Positions 1-12,400 of a stretch of 64,000 nucleotides of DNA are shown here, one piece after another. Under the pieces are notes generated by a model. That model was not told the origin of the DNA and ran no database searches. It saw only the letters and a program-made list of their open reading frames with translations. Positions within the stretch are counted from its first letter, which is position 1, and every line of letters begins with the position of its first letter. Origin of the DNA: Lobosporangium transversale (lineage: Eukaryota); the NCBI RefSeq assembly GCF_002105155.1, contig NW_019028990.1, positions 62,001 through 126,000 on the forward strand, written 5' to 3'. A program made the position numbers and the translations under genes.

Positions 1-2
1 AT

Positions 3-725
3 AGAAATAACCAGTATCATTACTACAACGATCATCACCACTGCTTGAGCGTCCCAGAGGACGTCCAAGGAAGGATCCTCCGCAGGTATTGCGACATTAG
101 CCCAAAATGGCACGTCATTCCAGGTGATAAAGAGGCGACAAAAAGCTCCGTCCATCAAATGACTTATCGTGATGCAGATATCCTTATGGCTTGCACAATG
201 TCAACAGCCATCGAAAAGCTCATGGAGGCCATCATGCTAGCACTATTGAAGTCTATAGGCTAGGCATATGCCAGGTGAACATTAAAGCAGGAGGACAGTA
301 GACCACAGAACGAAGTCACACAGAAATATTTTATTCGACATGTTTGCCTTCGAGATTCGCTCTTGGAATGGCAGGGTCCTTTGCCTTCCTCCTTTGCTCG
401 AAACTCTGTCGGGCTATCAAGCGCCCTCCAGTTAATGGATTTTTCTTGACTTGAAGATCTCTTTGGAAAAAATAATCCGTGGCAGAGAGAAGAATATTTA
501 AAGGAAGTGGACGAAGTGGATCCAAACATCGTGATTAACATTCGTGCTGTACCAGAAACAAGGGTCACAGCAGAGATCATCCAATGAGCTGACTATTCGT
601 CGATCACAAATCTTTATTCTGAAGCTGATTTCCCGCGTATAGATTTCTGAGGCTGGTTGTGCGATGCTGGCGAATTATACTTCAAAGCGTTGCATTTCAA
701 ATACATCATGATCACCCTCTACTGA
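3..725 (+). pseudogene. Decayed ORF relic of unknown family (window-edge fragment)
   Basis: One frame reads as protein-like for ~240 codons (...DFS*LEDLFGKNNPWQREEYLKEVDEVDPNIV...). It is interrupted by TAG at 261 and TGA at 276, 447, 585, 648 and 723. Confidence 0.35.
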
Positions 726-1033
726 CGGTACCCAGTTCATCAAAGGCATTAAAATCTACACACCAGTTGCATTTATCTCTGCAATTGACGGTCCAGCTAC
801 CAGAGGACTCGACAGCGTCGGTAGAGAAAAGGAAGAAAGCGAGAAGCATAGATCTCTTATACACCAAAAAAAAAAAAAAAAAAAAAGTACGCGCTTCATT
901 ATTCGATTGTAGGGGGGTGATACGTGGTCCATAGTCTCACAAAATTATATAAAACTCGACATTGTTGTTTCTCTGGCTTTCACTTTCGCCACTTGGCTAA
1001 TCACCTTTTTAATTCAGTCCTCTCTCTATAAAG

Positions 1034-1740
1034 ATGATTACCAATATGAAGATCTTTTACTTGTTGATGGCCGCCCCTTGTCGCGCGCGTTTTCCATCAA
1101 TGCCGCATCTTCTGACACCATTGACATTTTCAAAAAGTTAATTAAACATAGGTCGCCTGAATTGAACGATGTCGATGCAGAAAGGGCCACACTCCGGCAT
1201 GTATCGATTCTGATCACGGACGATAACCAGGAATTGCTCATTATACCCAATTCTCTGACTGACAAGAAGGAGCTTCTCCCAATGTACCGTCTTTCGATAC
1301 TTTTCCCCGAGGATGAACCAAAGGGATCTATCCACATCGTTGCCCAATGGCCTACCTTTTTACAACGCACTGAAATGACTTATACGTCTCCCTAATGCTC
1401 ATCCGTTTCTAAATTTGATATCTTATTTAGACGATACTGAAGTGGCTACTTGGAAAGAATAAACTGAGATGAGGAAAATGAAAAACGAATCAAGGAGAAT
1501 CAAAGAAGTGAAGAATCAAAAAGACCACTTCGATTGGTAATAACCATTTAGAAGCACTGCATTAAGGGCTATTTGTTATGGTTTGATATTTTATACACAA
1601 ACTAGTGTTCTGCAAAAGAGTATGTCGAAACTCGGAATCATAGATACTAGGCAAGGAAGGAAAATTCTGTGCCAATATATTGCAGATACAAAACAATGAC
1701 TCTCGAAGATCTGCGGAAGCTTCTTTACCCAATGTTTGAG
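1034..1740 (+). pseudogene. Crinkler (CRN) effector-family gene, frameshifted and degenerate
   Basis: ATG 1034 gives MITNMKIF; a shift near 1058 continues LVDGRPLSRAFSI...TIDIFKKLIK...ELNDVDAERATLRHVSI...LSILFPEDEPKGSIHIVAQWP. This matches the CRN N-terminal ubiquitin-like domain (LFCLVDG..AF, LKKLIK, LxLWxV, IHIIVQRP). The downstream exon-like remnants contain stops. Confidence 0.8.
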
Positions 1741-3968
1741 AAAAAAAAAAAAATTACAATTTTATGGGTGATGACAATGTTCGAATTTTTGTCCGCCAGA
1801 TCAGTAAACAGCCAACCATGCTGGATGCAGGCGATCACTCAACTACTGGTTTAAAAAAAGGAAAGGGAGAGAAGGCTCTCCTCGTGGGCTTGGCGGGATA
1901 TTAAAATATGTCATCTTCGCCGTCATCCAGTCATTCAGCCATCTAAGAAATGAGCAAAAAGAAAAATGTACCCCTCATCTTTATCATCAGTAATTAGTAT
2001 ATTTAAATAGCAATTCTTACTTTCAACCCCCCCTGTAAATGGAATAGAAAAGCTGGATGTTTTATAATGAAAGCAAAGGCTTGGTTGAGCGCTGTCTAAT
2101 CTGCGCTTGCTCAAAGGATCCAGCTCAATGGCTTCTTTGAAGAACTGTGTGCCACTTCTCTAAGCGCATCTACGATTTTTCCCCACCTTTTAGGGTTTGC
2201 GTAGGGAGAAATACTACTTCCACCAAGTGCTACTACCTCTCTGTTTTTTATTTTTTATTTTTTATTTTTTGGTTAATAAAAATGATGAAGAAAATGATGG
2301 CTAGGGCCTAGAGTGAAGAGAATAGAGAAGAGGAGGGGAGAGAAAAAAAGGAAGAGAGAAAGAAAAAAGAGGAAAGGAGAAGAGGTTGACAGGGGAAGCT
2401 TTTTCAATCATACTGCACCAGAGACATTTGTTTCTGAGCCAAGCAAAAAATACCATCCAAACATCTCCCTGTCATTGGTATATGAAAGCCTCTCTACGCG
2501 GCTTTAGTCCGGTGTGCAATGAAAATTTTAGACAGAGAGGTAATTAAGTAGCTGGGGAGCAAAAGTTAGTGAGAATAAGATATGGGTACACGCACCAGAT
2601 CCATGAGATATTTATTCAATTCATATCAAAGCATAACTACAAGTTTATCTGCGGACACCACAAATAGAGCATCCATGATGCATGTTGTATAGAACCTAGA
2701 ACGTGTATGTTGGGGATCTAGAACGCGTATATTGGGAAGGTGGTGTGGTGAACGTTCTTCGATACAAGGTATACTTCTGCAAAGTATACAGGTATCAGTA
2801 GTCAAGGGACATTAACTTTGTATTTTAGAAGTTGATATGATGGATGGATACAAGTGACATGAATGCCTCTGAGTCTTTTTATATTTTTTGGCAATGTCTT
2901 GTTTGATCGGCCTTAGTAGTTTTCGTTAGCCGTTTTGGTTGTCATTGATAGACTTTACTGTTTTGGTTTGGTTGCAGCCACTGTTGGCTTGGTGCAGCTG
3001 CTGTTGGTTGTTTTGCTTCTTCATTTTTTGGATCCGCTTATGGAATGTATCGCCTTTTGATTATTCAAAGCGAACCTTTGGGTGCTCGCTGGCCCTTCTT
3101 CAGCCCTTCAATGCGGCTCCTTGATCTATGTTCGAAGGTACGCATCTAAGAAAAAACATTTGCAAACCGGATGTCCTTATCGCTCCAAGTTATCTTCGGA
3201 TCGAGATGGCTTTTCTGTTCTTCATGGCAGTTGTTTGGGGCGATTGTTCAATCCTCCTTCGAGGCAGTCATTCGAGGTAGTTCTTTGAGGCGACCTCCTG
3301 ATTTGGCTCATCGAGACTATCCTTTTTATTTTGTCAGTTAACTTTTGATTGTTCTATTCCTTTTATTTTTTTTTTTTTGTTGTTGTTGGTATTCTAGATT
3401 TTCTTTATTGATGATTCGGATGACTTGGGTAGTGGTGCAGGTTTGACGGCTTGTGTTCTCTTTCTGTCTTGTTTTATTTTGTTTTTATTTCTTTCCTTTC
3501 CATTTTTTCATTTTTTTCATCTTCCAGGTATTTCGCTTTTTTTTTTTCTATTATCTTTTGTTTATGTATTTTGGTCTTCGATGTTGTTTTGCTTTTTATT
3601 TTCTTTTTGTACTTTTTTTACTTTTTTTTTTTTTTTTTTCTTTTGGTGGATACCTTGTTTTCGTTTCTCTGGCGCCTCCTGCTACCTGCAGGTGTTGTTG
3701 GAGATTAACGTTGTTGAGAATTAAAAGGAAGTAATTATGAGTAATGCATTTCATGAAGCCACATCAGGTTAATAACCCAAAAAAAAAAAAAAAAAAAAAA
3801 AAAAAAGGTACAGCCATCTGATAAAGCCAACACAAAAAATAGAGGACGATTAACACGATCCAAGAGAAAGGCAATATAAAGCTCATAGGTTTATTTTTTC
3901 CTTTGAGAGGCTGAGACCATGCACAAGCAATATTAAGGTTTTGTTTTTTACATTTTTGCCTTGTGGCG

Positions 3969-4165
3969 CAAACACAACAATTGGACGTTTACATTTTTAC
4001 AAACACAGCAATTGGACGTTTACATTTTTACAAACACAGCAATTGAGATTTATTTTTCAATGTACATGTACAAACAACATTAGGCTTTTTGTTTTTTTTT
4101 ACCCTCCATCATTACGCAGGTTTAAATTTTTTCCTCATATCACAAACACAGCAATTGGAGGTTTA
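3969..4165. repeat. 31-bp tandem repeat (CAAACACAGCAATTGGACGTTTACATTTTTA), ~2.5 copies plus a dispersed partial copy
   Basis: Units at 3969-3999, 4000-4030, a partial at 4031-4045 and another at 4143-4165. Confidence 0.85.
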
Positions 4166-5041
4166 ATTCTTTTCCTCACCTGCTTTTAACCCATCCACGA
4201 TACACTTACCTTGCCTACATGCTTAACTATACTACTCCCGGCTTTTGTCTCCCCCGTGGGAGAGGATTATGCACCATGTAGACAGATATAGCATATATGA
4301 TTTAGAATACTACCCACCGAGCAACCGCACCCCGGTTCTCAGTCTACCATACCCCACAGTTCCTTAAACACCTTTGTTGATATTTATTACTATAGGTTAC
4401 TTCTATCTGGTTCTGCAAGAAGTGTCGCCTTGGCCCGCCCTTACTGAACTAATTTATAGCAGCACCCGAATCTGCATTGCATGTTAAAAAGAATAAAAAA
4501 AGAAAAAAAAAGAATAAAAAAAGGCGGGGGCGATAATTATGAGTGTTATGTGTAAGTTATCATCGGCTTGGCAAAGGAGATCAGATGTAGAAAACAATAC
4601 TTGTCGCGTCAAAAAAACTCTCGACCCCTCCCTTATCCATGCAATCATTGAAAATTTGTCTTAGAGAGCATTGAAGCGACAGTCTAGGTATATAAACCAT
4701 GTGGAGAGAGGAAAGACGATTGGACAAGGGACCAATTGGCATGGGAGTAAACATCTTTTGGAAGCACAAGAAGAGACTGGGGGAGGTAATGTCGCACAGC
4801 ATACTTCTCAGCACATGCTTCTGTTGAATCGGACGACATATAAATTAGAGAGTATTGCAAACAGCTGTCGGATTGAACGACAAATAGACAAACCATGTTC
4901 TACACCTTTTTAGCCCCTTTGCCTTTACCTGACATTGTATAAATCTTAAGCCTTGTGACCATACCTCTGCCTTGACCTACTTGCCTCCGTTCGACTAGTA
5001 TATATACGGCGTGTTTCCCCCCCTTCTTGGCTCTTTTCTTC

Positions 5042-5573
5042 ATACTTCATCCCAAAATCTCTCATCTCTGCCTTATTCTGTTTGCCTTGTCGACTTTATT
5101 AACCTGTTACAACATATAAGGTAATTGTGCATCTTGAAAGACTTCATAGATGCGTTATCAAGTATGTCCAAATAACCTCTGAGTACGGAAGTTATGTTGA
5201 TAGTTAGCAATTGTACTGAGAATTTATTATAAACTCGATAGAATACAACTGTCGTAAAGTCATCATGGACACGGACATTAGTATTGGAGTACTTGGTGAT
5301 ATCAGACCAATTTCTGTCGTCGATTGCGCCAAATGTTGCTATAATACATATCCCGGTGATCATCCGTACATCAACGGTACACACATGATAAACGGAACCG
5401 ACGTTTTCCCAGCCAAGCTCATGGAAATCGGATATTTCTTCAACGATTCCTTAATTCTTCCTTGTGTACGAACCTATAACGTTCCCAAATTATACTATAG
5501 ATCTGATGCTAAGAAGAATGTGCCTAAAATGGGCATTTTTTTATTGGCTATTGTTATTTCTAGTATGATATAA
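5042..5573 (+). pseudogene. Disrupted small secreted, probably GPI-anchored, Cys-containing protein gene
   Basis: ATA at 5042 heads a signal-like stretch (ILHPKISHLCLILFALSTLL). After a frameshift near 5100 the frame runs PVTTYKVIVHL... with stops at 5205 and 5217 into ORF 5265-5573, which ends in a hydrophobic tail (SDAKKNVPKMGIFLLAIVISSMI). Confidence 0.5.
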
Positions 5574-5917
5574 TTTCCGGTTGTTGTTGTCAGGGACCGG
5601 AACTACCGGGAAGGAAGAAGAGTTGCTCTATATTTTTATAAAATACAGTGCTGAATATAAATCATTTTAATTTCCTATCCACATTGCTTCTGTTCATCAT
5701 TTCCTTTTATAATTATTATCGCTATTTATTCTAGCTTCATTCATTCCATTTTATTTAATTCTGTATAATAAAGAAAATTTCAATGTTACCTCATCCACCC
5801 ATCACTTAAGGCCAAAGGAAGAGGTTATACGCCACGCTAAATTTGTTGATTCCACGTGGCTACGCACGTACGGTAGCATTTACAAGACGATGTACGCTAA
5901 GGGTGAATCTATTTGAT

Positions 5918-6230
5918 AAAAAAAAAACTAGGTTGTCGCGTGTAGTTCACGAGGTTATAATTGCATTGTGGCATTTTTATAGAGCATAGCTATCGTTTCT
6001 TACAAATTGATCCAGTGGTTGTACCTATCCGAGGCTGCGCGAGGCTATGTGGTGATTTATTCAGCAAAGCACTCATGTGCTTCTGGCCAAGAACCATCAG
6101 TTGGAGGAGGAGAAAAAGTAAGTGAGAATAAAAAAAAAGTGAGATTGTCGCAAGGTATGCGTGTAGCTCATGATACTATAATTGCATTACGGCATTTCAT
6201 ATAGCATAACTGTGGATTCTTATAAACAGA
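5918..6230. repeat. Degenerate ~90-bp direct repeat pair
   Basis: 5918-6010 (GCGTGTAGTTCACGAGGTTATAATTGCATTGTGGCATTTTTATAGAGCATAGCT) aligns with 6130-6230 (GCGTGTAGCTCATGATACTATAATTGCATTACGGCATTTCATATAGCATAACT). Confidence 0.75.
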
Positions 6231-6312
6231 GGTACATTACCCATAGACCAACTCCTCACAATCTCCTTAATAATAACCTATTCAATATAGCCTTCCCAAT
6301 ATAATCTCTACA

Positions 6313-7054
6313 ATGTCGGGCAAACAAAACACTTGACGCCACGCCGCCCATTCCGAAGACTGCCACGGCCACGAGCAGCGCTTACAGTAGTGGGATGGAA
6401 GCTTTATTGTAAGTCTTTTCTCCCCATGTTTTTATTTCTTCCGCTTCCTTTATGCTTGTCTTTATGCTTTTTTTTTTTTTTTTTTTTTTTTTTCGTTGCT
6501 ATTTTGACTCTATACAAGGCTTAGTGCCTTTGCGTATACACACAATGCAGTACCTCACGATCAGCGATCTTAACCGGCGAATTTATCCAAATTATATCGT
6601 GCTGTTTCCTGATATAGCCCAATCACCGGATATGACTAACGAACCAGGTAGTGGGGAAAGTATTCAGGTTGTTGGGCGATGAATACTTTCCCAACCAACT
6701 GAATACTTTACTCTTTCCTTCCCCATCCAACTTAATACTCATACAAAGGGTGGTTGTCATGACCCACGCCGATGCATCTTTACAATCAGATCAAGGACCA
6801 TAGCTTCATCCTCACGGACTTTCGCTTAATCGAAAGTAAGCATCCGTCGGACTTTTTAACGACTTTTCTTGGAATGCACCAACCTCTATCACTCGGAGGG
6901 TAACAATGATATCGATGTTGCGACCGACCTATTCCTTCAAGTCTGTAAAGAGCTTGGGTACTTGGAATTGGAGCATGCAACCATCCACCAGCTCCCTATC
7001 AACGTCCTAAGTAGTGAGAACAGCGAATATATCCTCCCTGCTAGTAAAGAATAG
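6313..7054 (+). pseudogene. Possible degenerate multi-exon gene relic
   Basis: GTAAGT donor at 6409 with a poly-T intron. Several short coding-like pieces lie in different frames (LYNQIKDHSFILTDFRLIES; DIDVATDLFLQVCKELGYLEL). No intact spliced ORF can be built. Confidence 0.25.
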
Positions 7055-7495
7055 AAATAAAAATGACGGATGCGGATTTTCCCAACAAGATAGAGACTTA
7101 CTGAATATGAAAAGCATGGTTTAATGATGTCAACCATGAGCTTACGTCTCTTTATCCATAATCTCTGTTCTATACATTTCTTTTGGGGAAGTATCGCCAC
7201 CTCTAATCTTTGCTATGAGGGAGAGATGAGGGCTTGACACCCTACTCACCTTGCGTGTCGAACACAGGTTTGTCTGACTACATGTATTTTATTCAAACGT
7301 GCACATGTTCCTCTATAATTAGACACATTGATATGTTTGAACCATTTTATTCCCACTTTTACTCTTATGAAGGCCACAGAGGCCGTTACCCTGTATCCTC
7401 AATCCCTTGCAACAAGCAGAAGCAGTTAAATATGCAAAGGCGCGACGATTCTTGTATTTCAATAACACAAACGAATAGCACATCATTTCTTTAAT

Positions 7496-7528
<33 letters not shown>

Positions 7529-7603
7529 ATTTTCTATTCGCTATTCTCTATCCTCTATCCATACCTCCTGTCCATACAACCCAACCATAAGCATCTTTCA
7601 CAT

Positions 7604-9422
7604 TCAATCATCGTTTTGCTGACGACGGGCCGCAAGCTATCATTTAATAAAAAAGATAAAAAAAGAGTAAGGATATATTTTGTGTTATATCAATGCAAAT
7701 AATATGTTCAAGAACTTACAATTTCCTGTAACGATTTTCCTCCAGTGTTCGGTCTAGCAGGTAGAGTTGGCTTGGATCCTCCCACAGGCGCGCGTGGCGG
7801 AGCAACGGGCTTGGGTCCCACTGACGGCTTAGGTGCCACAGCAGGTGCGGGTCGTCGAGCTGCTGGTGTAGGGTTAGGGCTGGATGCCGGTGCCGGCGCT
7901 GGTGCTGGTGCAGTATGACCACCACCACCTGCAGCGGCTGCAGCTGCAGCTTTTTTGGCTTCTAGAGCTACCTTCCAGCCGGGGACACCGCCTACGTTAC
8001 CAGGTCCACCAAAGCCTGAGTGCAGAGCATTCGTATTGCTTGTTGCTGCGACAGGAGTGCGGTCAGCAGTATGGCGACTAGCTGCGGACGGTTTATCACT
8101 AGAAGTAGGCTTGGAGGCCACTGCTGTCGCAGCCGCTGGTGGGGGTGGAGGAGGCTGGCGTTTAGCTGGAAGGCTTGGAGGAGCTGTAGCGGGTTTGGGT
8201 GCAGGGACTTCCACTAGATAGTTACTCGGCACCCAACCCTCCTTTCCATCCTTCTTTGCCAACCACCAACCATTTTCATCCTTTTCCAAAATTTCCATTA
8301 CATCGTCCTTGACAAACGAAACTTCTCCTGCGTCTTGTGATTCAAAGTTATAGATAGCCTTGTACATAGGCTTTGTTGGGGGAGAAGGAGGTGTTTCAGC
8401 TGCTGGTGCTGGTGGCGGTGGAGGTACTTGACGCTTTGCGGGCGACGATGCAGGCGCGGATGTATGTGCAGGAGCCTGGGCAGAGCTACGTGTATTAGAA
8501 GTAGCAGAGGCATTGTTAGATGTTGGGGGGCGACGGCTACTTTGAGACTGGTTCATCCTTTGGGGGCCACCCTTCTTGATTAGCTTGCCCGAGGTGATGG
8601 GTCGAGCAGGTTTCGCCATACGCTCACATGGAGGCCACGAGGCGCTGTCGGCAGGCTCACCACTAGGAACTGTCACGACATGGCTCTTGTAAGTCTCTGT
8701 CTTGATGCGATCATCTTTCACAAACTTGATAGTTCCAGTTTTGTTCTTTTTCTTGACGTAGTCAAATCTAAATAATAATAAAAAAAAAAAAAAAAAAAAA
8801 AAGAAAGAGAGAGAAAAATAATATATGTATATAATGTTAGTAAGAAGCGGCAAACAATATATACTCGTGCTCTTTGCTGGGTAGAAATGGGGAGAAAGAG
8901 CTTACTGAGGCCCAATGTTGACGCCAATACGACTACCAGAGCGCTGTAGGAGATGAGCAATGAGTTCGGTTTTAAAGTCGCACTCGAGAACAATATCACC
9001 CTCTTCAGGATTCATGGTATCAATAGAAAAGATCATCCAATCATCCCTCAAATTAGAGATGGAAACTGCTTTAATGGTATTGAGCATGACAGCTCTCTCG
9101 CACTTCATGGACAGGACTTTGTTGACTAGCTGGGACACCACCAAGTACATGTTTGAGGCAGTCTAAGAACACATAAGTAGTTCAAGAGGTTAATCCATTT
9201 TTCATCCTTCTGAAAATGAGTAAAGTATGGAGTTGACATCAGCATACTTACAAGAACAAGTGTCCGAGGACTGGGTTTACTTGATCGCATTGGTCGAGCA
9301 ACCAGCAGTTGTACTCTAGCAGAAAATACAACATAGTCATGATCTGCAAATAGTAATTACTAGTGAGTAATAAGAACAAATAGCCTTGCAATCCTTGAAG
9401 CTTTCGATCATAGCTGTAGACG

Positions 9423-9460
<38 letters not shown>

Positions 9461-12400
9461 ATTGCGTACCAGAAATGCCAGTGGCTTCCTTAATAAGTTG
9501 GCCTTGGCCTCCTTTGTTATTGACACCAAGGTAATCTCCAATGTATCTACGCATGCTCACGAGAGAGAAGCGGCGGCGCTCTTTTCTTCCAGCAAGAACC
9601 TGGTGACCATAGTCACGAAGTTGGAGCCAGCCAATTTGGTCCTTGTTCCTTCTCCAGCACCGTTGAATGCGGGTAGCACATTCATTCTTATATTTCATGT
9701 AGTTTCTCCAAGCACGCTGGATGCGAATAGCCATATTGTGCCAGTAACGGTCGCGCAGATGCTCTAGCGAGAACAGGGTTTCTGGATGACGAATAAAGAC
9801 CTTGGTCGTCCCCATCTGCCATTCTTCAGGTGCAACACTGGTATCTTTCAAAATACGCTCAACACCACTTCGTGCATCTCCTTGCCATATATACTCTCCA
9901 GCATAGGCGGTTTTTGGTGAAAGCAAGTAAAACCGCTCCAAAAACTTTTCGTATGTTTGGCGAGAAGCAAAACCTGCACGTCTGACACGAATGTTTTCAC
10001 ACAAACCCAAATATTTGACTTGATGGAGAACCATCTTTGAATCAAACTCAGTAGGCGACTTGTTACTATTGGGCTTGATTGTACGGATATACGATGGAGT
10101 ACACTGCATCAGATTCTGGACGAGCAAACCTGCGGAGGCTTTGATTTTGTCACCTGCAGTAGGAGGTCGCTTCTTACTGTCAAGATCAACAGGTTCAGGG
10201 AAGAGTGCTGCAAGGAATTGATTGCTAGTGGAAGCAATCATCGTCAAGATATCCTTGGACAGTAGATCCTTATTCTTGTCCGTCATTCCAGAGATTTGAT
10301 ACATTACATCACCAGCATAATGCTTGACCAAGAAAGAAGCACCACGAGATTCGAAATGTGGATTGGATGAGAGACTGTTAAGACGTTGTACTAAAGAGTT
10401 GTCAGCAGCATTTGAATCAGCATGGGCTGTGGCACAAGCATCGTTCATAGCAGCGAAAATGCCGGGTGGACGTTTTTCCTCGATTAAGTCGCACACAATC
10501 TTGTTGTTGAAAAAGTCGATAGGAGTCCATTTGATTTTCTCTCTCACGTATTCTTCCTGCTCTGTTTTGAGGGTCAATTCAATAAAGATCTGCTGCAGCT
10601 TCTCGTTGACGTAATTAATGCAAAGCTGTTCAAACGAGTTTTCTTCGAAAATCTCAAATCCGTAAATGTCCAGGACTCCAATGGTGTACGCATGTGCTCC
10701 ACGCTGGCGAAGCGAAACATTGACTCGGCTGACAATCCACTCGAAGAGATTATTGTAGATGGCCTTGCAAAGCGCATCCCTGACGGCACCAGCCTATAAT
10801 GGTATCATTGAACAGCTTGAGTAAAAACAGATATCTCTTTGACAAAAATTATCAGTCCAGGTGGCTTTATCTATGCCTCATCTATATACCTGAACGTAAT
10901 TGAGTGGTGACTCAAAAATGGACCCACGTCGTCCTCCACGCTGAGTCTCGACAACACGGATGGTCAAGGTTTTAATTAACAGCTCAGCGTCAACCTCCAT
11001 AATATATGCGATAAAGGCAATAACTAGAGACGAGAGCAGCGACACAAAGAACTTTTCGAGTGAGATAAAGCCTCTAGCAATTAATGAAACCAATAAAAAA
11101 ATAAAAAAATAAAAAAAAAAAATCATACATAAAACAAGGAACCATACCTTCATTGTCCGTAATTTCGGCATACCCGTTATCATTCTCTACAAACTGGACA
11201 TTTCCAAGCCAGAGAATGATGGCAAGCATACGAAAAATCTCATCCTGTTCCTGCTGCGAAAGTCCAATGACCTGCATTGCTTGCTATAAAGAAAGATGAC
11301 ATCGCACCAGTCTATTAGTTCCGTGCCGGTTGCTATTCCTGCCAGTGCATCGAACTCTACAACTAACTCCATTTACCAAAGTTTCACTGAAATCATGAAC
11401 ATCGTCAATTCCATCTACGCTCAAACATCCACTTCTATTAGTGAGTAAAAAGCTCTCAGGCCCCGTCATGCCGAATTGTTCTACAAAAAAAAAAAAAAAA
11501 AAAAAAAAAAGATTAGCCAATGTTTAGATGTGCAATAAACAAAGGGGAAAAAAATACAAGCACTTTGCGCCAAAATACCTTGGTAATTTGAGGGCGCCGC
11601 CTTGCAATACTGATAGAAGATATGAAAGTTTCTTTCATTATCGATTTGGCCAACCACACGATTCTAGAGGAGGGAGGAAAAACCACAATAAGTCACAGCT
11701 TAATAGAATCTAAAGTACTACCGCATTGGTCATGATTGATACCTTTTCAAGCAGATAATTTGTAATGACAGCTCCGACAGGTTCACCTTGAGCATTAAAC
11801 TGGATCTCCAAGTATTTTCCCTGTAGATTTCATATAAAGTATATGACTATTAGCGTCACTGCTGCCGCATAGATCAATATATATGAGAAGTTGACCAATC
11901 AAATACGACAAAGCCTACATGACGACTAGAATTATTGTTCCTGAGTGTCTTGGCGCATCCAAATGACTCTAGAAGTGGGTTGGTTGCAAGCACCATGTCC
12001 TTGATTTCCTTGATCTGTGATGATTCTCCTCCAGAGACTGTGGCAATATATTGCATAATCTACAAAAAGAAAAAAAAAAAATCGAAATTATGAGATCGAG
12101 GGGTTTTCAGCGCAATATAAACAATTGCTTGGCCTCGCATGTGTTTGGTAACTTACTCGCTTGGCAGCCTCTATCATGATTGAGAATTTCAGGGTATTTT
12201 TTTTAAAAAAAAGAAAAATTTAGTACCAACTCTTATGTAAGAGCGATTCTTCCCAGCTTACTGTAGACGATTTTTCTCACCAGTTTTTCCTGCGCCAGAT
12301 TCACCACTGATAATAATACATTGGTTTTCCTTGTAGGCGTTCATTGTATAGTAAGCACTCTCTGCAATAGCATAAACGTGAGGAGGTACCTGAAAGCCCA

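Noticed and set aside
2900..3450. Coding-like minus-strand fragments (e.g. KITWSDKDIR)
   Set aside because: Too many stops and shifts and no recognisable motif.
3425..3734. Phe-rich ORFs that look like membrane proteins, and similar poly-F/poly-K ORFs throughout
   Set aside because: They arise from poly-T and poly-A tracts in introns and intergenic DNA.
3969..4045. 31-bp repeats as a CRISPR array
   Set aside because: The copies are adjacent with no spacers, the context is eukaryotic and there are no cas genes.
5859..5877. GCACGTACGGT, resembling group II intron domain V
   Set aside because: The 5' half of domain V is absent.
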